32,000 nt of DNA, from positions 300,001-332,000 of the forward strand of contig NC_013849.1 of the NCBI RefSeq assembly GCF_000025505.1, written 5' to 3'. The translations under genes were made by a program, and so were the position numbers. The notes beneath the pieces were generated by a model, which searched no databases, was not told the origin of the DNA, and saw only the letters and a program-made list of their open reading frames with translations. The stretch comes from Ferroglobus placidus DSM 10642 (lineage in GTDB: Archaea; Halobacteriota; Archaeoglobi; Archaeoglobales; Archaeoglobaceae). This document shows, one piece after another, positions 25,789 to 32,000 of the stretch. The stretch's first letter is position 1. Each line of letters starts with the position of its first letter.

Positions 25789-26517
25789 TTAATCAATCAA
25801 TGACCTCTCCAAAATTTCTCTTGTAACTTCCTCCGCCACTTCCTCCTTCGAACCTCCGGCGATGATTATAATTTTTTTACTTTTAATTGTTAAAAACGAT
25901 TCAATCATTTCTCTGATCGCCTCGATTCCTATTCCGTCCCCAATGTACTCGTCTTCTAAAATGTCCAAGCCCATATACCATACTACTATATCGAAATCTT
26001 CGACAGATCGGCATACAACTTTGAAGGCGTTCACGAATTCCGCTTTATCTTTGTAGCATACGCACCCTCTTTCCAAGCATATGCAGTAGTAATCTCTTCC
26101 CAAAGCCGAATGGTGGGCGTCGGTATCTATAACCGCGACGCTGTAACCCTTTCTTTCGAGTATTTCCCTCAAAACTGCAACGTCGTTCAAAAAGCTGTAC
26201 CCTCTAAACCTGTCCCTCTCAGCTTGATGCCCCGTTCCGGCAGTTGCTAAGATGACGAGATCGCACTCCTCAATTGCATCGGAAGCTTTGATAACGCACT
26301 TAGCCGACTCGAAAATCGCTTCGGAGAAAGGGAGCTTTTCGATTTTCTCCACAAGTTTTCTCTCGTGGTAGAGTAAAAACTCCTCGAAGCTGTCGGATGG
26401 AGGGAGTATTTCGACCCTGTATTCTCTTATCGCTCTCTCGAAACCGGATATTTTCAGGCACGGACCTATGAGGTAATCGTCTTTGAGCTTAGGAGAGTAA
26501 ACCACGCAAACTTTCAT
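25789..26517 (-). CDS. Minimal histone-deacetylase/arginase-fold protein (242 aa) with atypical active-site residues
   Basis: HDAC-family landmarks are present in order. GTGHQAE replaces GHHA. GYSFLNDVAV corresponds to GFCxFNxxA. VIDTDAHHS corresponds to DxDxHHG. MGLDILEDE corresponds to GxDxxxxD. IAGGSKEE replaces the GGGY Tyr motif. Confidence 0.6.
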   Translation of the reverse strand: MKVCVVYSPKLKDDYLIGPCLKISGFERAIREYRVEILPPSDSFEEFLLYHERKLVEKIEKLPFSEAIFESAKCVIKASDAIEECDLVILATAGTGHQAERDRFRGYSFLNDVAVLREILERKGYSVAVIDTDAHHSALGRDYYCICLERGCVCYKDKAEFVNAFKVVCRSVEDFDIVVWYMGLDILEDEYIGDGIGIEAIREMIESFLTIKSKKIIIIAGGSKEEVAEEVTREILERSLID

Positions 26518-26570
26518 TAAAAAAGTCTTTAGGGGAAACCAATAAATATTTTTCTCCGTAATCTCTGTCT

Positions 26571-28355
26571 ATGGAATTAACCGTCACTTTCCTTCCCTCA
26601 GGTAAAAGGGCGAGGGTGAAAAAGCTTACGACGATTTTGGAAGCGGCTCAATCCGTTGGAGAGGGTATAAGAAGTCTCTGCGGAGGCAAAGGAAGTTGCG
26701 GGAAATGTAAGGTTATCGTGAAGAAAGGAAGCGTCGATAAGAATCCGGAGCCGCACGAAAAGTTCGTGAGTAAAGAGGAAGAAGAGGAGGGCGTAGTACT
26801 TGCTTGCCAGAGCAAAGTTCTGAGCGATCTGGAAGTTTTCATTCCTCCGGAGTCGAGGCTTGAAAAGCAGCAGATCCTTTCCGAGTTCTTTGTAACGGAA
26901 GCTGAATTAAATCCTGCAGTTAGAAAGGAGTTCTATAAAGATGCGTTTCTTCCGGAGGTTCTCGCTTCTAAAAGCTATACACTTTCTTGCGAAACGGAAA
27001 TCGAGGAAGGAGACTTCACCCTCGTTTTGAGAGGAAAAGAAGTGATAGCCGTCGAAGAGGGGGATACGAGAGACAAGTTTTTTGGCTTGGCTGTCGATAT
27101 AGGAACTACAACAATAGTCGTTGCCCTTGTGGATTTGAACACCGGTAGAGTTGTGAACATAGCCTCTGATTACAACGGGCAGATTATCTACGGAGAGGAG
27201 GTTTTAAGCAGAGTGGAATTTGCGAGGAGCAGAAAGGACGGAATAAAGATTCTCCAGAAAGCCGTCGTAGATTCGATAAACAAGCTAATAGAGAAAGTTT
27301 CGGCGGAATACGTTAAGGAAAACGAAATATACGATGTTGTCGCTGCCGGAAACACTTTGATGACTCACTTCTTTTTAGGTGAAGACGTTGAATACCTATT
27401 CTCCGCTCCGAACGTTAAGGTAGATAGGAAAGCGAGGATTAGAAGTGCCAAAGAGCTGGGGTTAAAGGTGAACGAGAACGCAAACGTGTTTTGCTATCCC
27501 CTCGTTGGTAGGTACATCGGAGGAGACATCGTAGCGGATCTCGTTTCTTCTGGAATAGCGAGTGACGATAAGATAACGCTCATGGTCGATCTCGGCACGA
27601 ACGGAGAAATAGTTGTAGGTAGCGAGGGGTGGGCTATGGCTACAAGTGTGGCAAGCGGTCCAGCTTTCGAAGGATACGAGATAAAACACGGGAGCAGAGC
27701 TGTTGAGGGAGCGATAGATCACGTTAAGATAAACGGTTACGATGCAAAGCCCGAATATACTGTCATAGGGAACGTTAAGCCTCGAAGCATTTGCGGAAGC
27801 GGTCTTATAGATTTGCTTGCAGAACTCTTCAAAAACGGTATAGTTGATTTTCAGGGGAATCTCGACAGGAAAAATCCGAGGGTCAAAGTAGATAGCGAGC
27901 CTTATTACGTTGTCGTCGACGCTGAAGAAAGCGCTACCGGAAAGGAGATAGTTATAACTCAGACCGATATAGATACGTTGATAAAATCTAAAGCAGCGGT
28001 TTGTGCTGGAATAGCTGTAATGCTGAAGAAGGCTGGGTTGAGCATCGAAGATGTTGATCGCTTCGTTCTTGCAGGAGCTTTCGGCTACTACATAGACATG
28101 GAAAACGCCGTCACGATAGGTCTTTTCCCGGAATTTCCGAAAGCTGAAGTGAGGCAGATAGGAAATGGCAGCTTGGCTGGATGCTATTTGGCTTTAACGA
28201 ATCAGAAGAAAAGAGTTCTCGCTGAAACTATCGCGAGGCTCGTATCCTACTTCGATCTGTCCACGGATCCGGATTTCATGGAGGAGTACAACGCCGCATT
28301 AAACCTGCCTGGAAAACCGGAGCTGTTCCCTACGATTTACGCGAGGTATGTTTAA
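26571..28355 (+). CDS. RACo-like reductive activase of corrinoid proteins: N-terminal plant-type [2Fe-2S] ferredoxin + ASKHA (DUF4445) ATPase
   Basis: The [2Fe-2S] motif is [14 protein letters not shown]...LACQS. The ASKHA phosphate motifs are [12 protein letters not shown] and [11 protein letters not shown]. The length of 594 aa is typical of the family. Confidence 0.8.
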   Translation: MELTVTFLPSGKRARVKKLTTILEAAQSVGEGIRSLCGGKGSCGKCKVIVKKGSVDKNPEPHEKFVSKEEEEEGVVLACQSKVLSDLEVFIPPESRLEKQQILSEFFVTEAELNPAVRKEFYKDAFLPEVLASKSYTLSCETEIEEGDFTLVLRGKEVIAVEEGDTRDKFFGLAVDIGTTTIVVALVDLNTGRVVNIASDYNGQIIYGEEVLSRVEFARSRKDGIKILQKAVVDSINKLIEKVSAEYVKENEIYDVVAAGNTLMTHFFLGEDVEYLFSAPNVKVDRKARIRSAKELGLKVNENANVFCYPLVGRYIGGDIVADLVSSGIASDDKITLMVDLGTNGEIVVGSEGWAMATSVASGPAFEGYEIKHGSRAVEGAIDHVKINGYDAKPEYTVIGNVKPRSICGSGLIDLLAELFKNGIVDFQGNLDRKNPRVKVDSEPYYVVVDAEESATGKEIVITQTDIDTLIKSKAAVCAGIAVMLKKAGLSIEDVDRFVLAGAFGYYIDMENAVTIGLFPEFPKAEVRQIGNGSLAGCYLALTNQKKRVLAETIARLVSYFDLSTDPDFMEEYNAALNLPGKPELFPTIYARYV

Positions 28356-28996
28356 TGCTCGTGCTCGCTTTGGATTTAACGAGCAGGGAGAAAGCTTTGG
28401 AGATCGTTGAAAAAACTCGGGATTTCGTAGATGCCGTAAAGGTAAATTACCCCATCGTCCTAAGCTGCGGAATCGAAATAGTGAAGGAACTTTCGGAAAT
28501 TAAGCGGGTTATAGCGGATTTTAAAATAGCCGACATTCCCTACACGAGCTCTCTCATAGCTGAGATCGCATTTAAAAATGGAGCTAACGCTGTAATCAGC
28601 CACGGCTTCGTTGGAAGGGACGTTTTGGAGGAAATAATGAAGGTTGCGGAGAACTACGACGGAAAAGTCTACGTCGTAACGGAGCTGACAAACGAGGGGG
28701 CTAGGGAATTCATGGGGCAATTTGCAAGGAAAATAGCCGAAATTGCTAAGGAAGTAGGTTGCCACGGACTTATAGCTCCAGCTACAAAGCCTGAAAGGGT
28801 TAGGGAAGTAAGAGAAGTTGCGAAAAATCTCGAAATACTGAGTCCGGGAATTGGAGCGCAGAAAGGGAAACTCGAAGAGATCGCAAAGTACGTTGACGGG
28901 ATAATCGTTGGAAGGTCTATATACAATGCGGATAATCCAAAAGAGGCGGCAAGAAAGATTAAGGAGGAATTCGAGAAGGCTAAGCTCACTTCCTGA
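28355..28996 (+). CDS. pyrF: Orotidine 5'-phosphate decarboxylase
   Basis: It has LVLALDL, VKVNYP, the catalytic [10 protein letters not shown], and PGIGAQ with GIIVGRSIY. The ATG shares one base with the preceding TAA (28353-28355). Confidence 0.9.
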   Translation: MLVLALDLTSREKALEIVEKTRDFVDAVKVNYPIVLSCGIEIVKELSEIKRVIADFKIADIPYTSSLIAEIAFKNGANAVISHGFVGRDVLEEIMKVAENYDGKVYVVTELTNEGAREFMGQFARKIAEIAKEVGCHGLIAPATKPERVREVREVAKNLEILSPGIGAQKGKLEEIAKYVDGIIVGRSIYNADNPKEAARKIKEEFEKAKLTS

Positions 28997-29879
28997 CTAT
29001 CGAAGCTATCTTCAGATACGTTTCGTAGAGCTTATCAGCCAATTGCAGCAGATAGTCGTGATTTTCCACTTTTCTCAAAGCTTCGGGAATGCTGCTGTAT
29101 CCGTCTCTCGTTCCAAAGAAAGCTCCGGTTATGGCTGCTGCTGTGTCGGTGTCTCCCCCACACTTTATCGCTTTCTTCACACCTTCTACGTAATTTTTAG
29201 AGGAAAAGAAACAGTAGAAGGCAAGCGGAACGACATCGTAGCTCATTATGGAGTTTCCTATCTCTTTGGCAGCTGCTCTTTCATCCTTGTCTCTTATCTC
29301 GTAAGCGTACTCTATCTTTTCGGCTAAGAAGCTGTCGTGCTTGGAAACGAAGCCTAAAAGCTCCTCTAAGTTGAAGTCCTCGTTAATCAACATCGCTACA
29401 GCCACGCCCACAGCCACTGCTCCTGCTATCGCTCCTCTCCCTTTGTGGGTAATCATTGAAGATATGCTGCAGTAGTTTTCGACCAAGCTGTAGTTGAAAT
29501 GGTAAACGAGTCCGATTGGAGCAACTCTCATCGCCGCTCCGCAAGTGTCAGATTCGACTCCACTCTCTTTCCAGCTCGCACCCATCTGAAGTCTGCTTAT
29601 GGCTCTCCTCGAAGTAGGTCCGTACCTCCTTCTGAAGTCAGCTCGTTTTAATTTTTCAGCGAAGTTCTCCGGAGAGAAGTATATTGTCTCGATTATAGAC
29701 TCGGCAAGCATTATCGTCTGCTCGGTGTCGTCGGTGTATTCTCCCGCCTTTAAATCTCCAAAAGGTGAGTCTCTGAAAGCCAATTCGTTCAAATCTACCG
29801 AATCGCTACCCTCGTAAGGCATGCCGAGAGCGTCGCCGATTGCCAAGCCGAGAATGCATCCCCGGAACTGGTCGATCAT
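28986..29879 (-). CDS. ADP-ribosylglycohydrolase family protein (DraG/ARH-like)
   Basis: It has [26 protein letters not shown] and the C-terminal metal motif [16 protein letters not shown]. Its ATG overlaps the argD stop (ATGA at 29876-29879). Confidence 0.85.
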   Translation of the reverse strand: MIDQFRGCILGLAIGDALGMPYEGSDSVDLNELAFRDSPFGDLKAGEYTDDTEQTIMLAESIIETIYFSPENFAEKLKRADFRRRYGPTSRRAISRLQMGASWKESGVESDTCGAAMRVAPIGLVYHFNYSLVENYCSISSMITHKGRGAIAGAVAVGVAVAMLINEDFNLEELLGFVSKHDSFLAEKIEYAYEIRDKDERAAAKEIGNSIMSYDVVPLAFYCFFSSKNYVEGVKKAIKCGGDTDTAAAITGAFFGTRDGYSSIPEALRKVENHDYLLQLADKLYETYLKIASIVRK

Positions 29880-31012
29880 CTTGACAACCTCATTCTCTCT
29901 ACGGCAAATTCCACTTCTTCTCTGGATATAATAAGAGGAGGAACAATCCTTATTCTGTTCTCCGAAGTCGCATTCACCAAGACTCCCTTTTCGAGCATTG
30001 ATGAAACGAAGTCGAAAGCTTTCTCTTTGTCAAAGCCGATCATCAATCCAAATCCATCAGCTTCGAAACCGAGTTCGCTGAGTTTTTCCTTAAAAAACTC
30101 TCCCATTCTCCTCGAATTTTCAACGAGTTTGTTTTTCTCTATGTACTCAATCGTCGCGAGAGCAGCAGTGCAAGCCAGCGGATTCCCGCCGAAGGTCGAT
30201 CCGTGATCTCCAGCTTCAACTTTCTCTGCAACGTAATCCTTTACCCCAACAGCTCCCATCGGAAATCCGTTCGCTATTCCCTTCGCCATAGCAATTATGT
30301 CCGGCTCAACGTTGTAGATGTCTTTGGCAAACCACTCTCCGGTTCTTCCGAAGCCAGTCTGAACTTCGTCGAACACTACAAGAAATCCGTACTTTTCTTT
30401 CAGCTCGAATATCTCCTGAATGAATTCTTCCTTAGCGGGATAAACTCCAGCTTCTCCTTGAATAGCCTCGACAAAAACCGCCGCAACTTCTTCGCTCAAC
30501 TTCTTCTTCAAATCCTCCACGTTGTTGAATTCGGCGAAAACAACCTCGCCTATCAACGGCTCGAAGGGTTTCCTGAACTTTTCCTTCCAAGTTAACGACA
30601 GCGCCCCCATAGTTCTTCCGTGGAAGTTGCCAGTAAACGAAACGAGCCTTTTTCTTCCGGTAGCTTTTCTCGCAAGCTTAATTGCAGCCTCAACAGCCTC
30701 AGTTCCGCTGTTGCAGAAAAAGAACTTGTCCATTCCGCTTACTTCCCTCAGCTTTTTCGCAAGCTCGATCTGGGGGAGAGTGTAGTAGAGGTTGGAAACG
30801 TGAACGAGCTTCTCAAGCTGCTCTTTGACCCTTTCGATAAAGTATTTGTTGGAATGTCCTATCGAAACGCAGGCAATTCCTGCCACGAGATCCAAGTACT
30901 TCTTTCCTCTCTCGTCGTATAGCCAGCAACCTTCCCCTTTTACGAATACGACTCTCTGCCGTTTGAAGAAGGGGATCAAAAGCTCTTTTTCGAGCTCGAA
31001 AATCTCACTCAT
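29876..31012 (-). CDS. argD: Acetylornithine / LysJ-type class-III aminotransferase
   Basis: It has [43 protein letters not shown], the PLP-lysine motif [16 protein letters not shown], and [11 protein letters not shown]. Confidence 0.85.
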   Translation of the reverse strand: MSEIFELEKELLIPFFKRQRVVFVKGEGCWLYDERGKKYLDLVAGIACVSIGHSNKYFIERVKEQLEKLVHVSNLYYTLPQIELAKKLREVSGMDKFFFCNSGTEAVEAAIKLARKATGRKRLVSFTGNFHGRTMGALSLTWKEKFRKPFEPLIGEVVFAEFNNVEDLKKKLSEEVAAVFVEAIQGEAGVYPAKEEFIQEIFELKEKYGFLVVFDEVQTGFGRTGEWFAKDIYNVEPDIIAMAKGIANGFPMGAVGVKDYVAEKVEAGDHGSTFGGNPLACTAALATIEYIEKNKLVENSRRMGEFFKEKLSELGFEADGFGLMIGFDKEKAFDFVSSMLEKGVLVNATSENRIRIVPPLIISREEVEFAVERMRLSR

Positions 31013-31919
31013 ACTCGATCGTCGCCGGAGGTTTAGGAGTTACGTCGTAAACGACTCTTACGACCTCCGGTATTTCGTTCGTAATCCTTAGAGCTATTCT
31101 TCTTAGCTTTTCGTAATCAAGCCTGAGGGGATCGGCTGTCATCCCATCTCTGCTTTCAACAGCTCTTACAGCAATTATGTATCCGTAAACCCTCACGTCT
31201 CCCTTTACTCCGGTAGCCTTCCCTATTAAAGCAGCAAAAGCCTGCCACTTCGGAACGTCTTTTAACTCCTCCTCAACTATCTTCGTGGCTTTTCTAACAA
31301 TTTCGACTTTTTCTGGAGTAACCTCTCCAACAACCCTCACAGCCAAGCCCGGTCCTGGGAAAGGCATTCTTTCGGAAATTTCCTCCGGCAAGCCGAGGTA
31401 TCTTGCAATTTCTCTCACTTCGTCCTTGTAAAGCTCTCTCAGCGGCTCGATCACTTTTTTGAACTTGTACTTCGTGGGAAAACCGCCGACGTTGTGGTGA
31501 CTCTTTATTCCTCCTTGACTCTCTATTATGTCCGGATAGATCGTTCCCTGAATAAGGTACTCTGCTCCCTTCTCTTCTGCAACCTTCTCGAATATTCTGA
31601 CGAAAAGCTCTCCCACAATCTTCCTCTTCTCCTCCGGATCGGTGACTCCTTTTAAAGCTTTGAAGAATTCGTCCCTCGCGTCTATGAACACGAGGTTCAT
31701 GTGACCGAAAACTTCCTTCACTCTCTCCGGTTCTCCTTCCCTCATCAGTCCAGTGTCGACGAAAACGGGAATTAGCCTGTCACCTATCGCTTTGTAAGCT
31801 AAAACTGCGCAGACCGAGCTATCCACTCCACCGGACAAAGCTATTATCGCCTTTCCATCCCCCACTTCTCTTTTTATTTCCTCAATTGCTTTTTTCACGA
31901 ATTCTTCGACGTTAACCAT
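31005..31919 (-). CDS. guaA: GMP synthase (glutamine-hydrolysing) subunit B, ATP-pyrophosphatase domain
   Basis: The PP-loop is [10 protein letters not shown]. It also has [24 protein letters not shown] and the C-terminal PPATIEYE. Confidence 0.95.
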   Translation of the reverse strand: MVNVEEFVKKAIEEIKREVGDGKAIIALSGGVDSSVCAVLAYKAIGDRLIPVFVDTGLMREGEPERVKEVFGHMNLVFIDARDEFFKALKGVTDPEEKRKIVGELFVRIFEKVAEEKGAEYLIQGTIYPDIIESQGGIKSHHNVGGFPTKYKFKKVIEPLRELYKDEVREIARYLGLPEEISERMPFPGPGLAVRVVGEVTPEKVEIVRKATKIVEEELKDVPKWQAFAALIGKATGVKGDVRVYGYIIAVRAVESRDGMTADPLRLDYEKLRRIALRITNEIPEVVRVVYDVTPKPPATIEYE

Positions 31920-32000
31920 GAACTTCCCTCCTGTAAGCTAAAGCAGCCTTAACGAATCCTACAAAGGGTGGAGACGGCGAGAAAGGACGGGATTTAAATT
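31912..32000 (-). CDS. 3' end of an unidentified upstream gene (continues beyond the window)
   Basis: The open minus-strand frame ends ...[28 protein letters not shown] with TAA at 31912-31914. It overlaps the guaA-B start by 8 nt. I do not recognise the fragment. Confidence 0.35.
   Translation of the reverse strand, partial: FKSRPFSPSPPFVGFVKAALAYRREVHG

Overview
This is a densely packed euryarchaeal chromosomal segment. Gene content suggests Archaeoglobales or a close relative: topoisomerase VI, an Sm2-type Sm protein, CooC, a RACo-like corrinoid activase, MfnB, an H4MPT-lineage HisA-like protein, stand-alone PHI and geranylgeranyl reductase. That assignment is inference, not a database match. 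About 40 protein genes cover almost the whole window, and most neighbours touch or overlap. I found no rRNA, tRNA, CRISPR array or recognisable transposase. Most of it is housekeeping: top6BA, amt-glnK, hsp20, hisH, pyrF, argD, guaA-B, M42 peptidase and ABC transporters. I did not find a convincing complete novel system; every functional hypothesis below is inference from sequence and gene context. The observations that stand out are:
- A seven-gene translationally coupled string (1156-6855) places topo VI behind a stand-alone RAM-domain protein and ahead of a ferredoxin/flavoprotein pair and an ABC exporter.
- Two mini-ferredoxin ORFs are missing from the ORF track because they are under 60 aa. 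Each overlaps the start of a flavoprotein; one of these is geranylgeranyl reductase.
- A perfect CTAAC-N5-GTTAG palindrome lies between the TATA box and the start of hsp20.
- A roughly 1.35-kb low-GC island (8420-9786) holds a truncated SpoIIM-like gene, decayed small ORFs and a hairpin.
- An alkaline-phosphatase-superfamily gene is broken by three frameshifts.
- An ABC-2 permease is fused to a degenerate CPBP (CAAX-protease-like) domain.
- A 242-aa minimal HDAC-like protein lacks two catalytic residues.
- A CooC / Cys-rich DUF166-like / GPN-loop GTPase cluster may be a functional module.
- Six of the seven convergent gene pairs overlap at their 3' ends.
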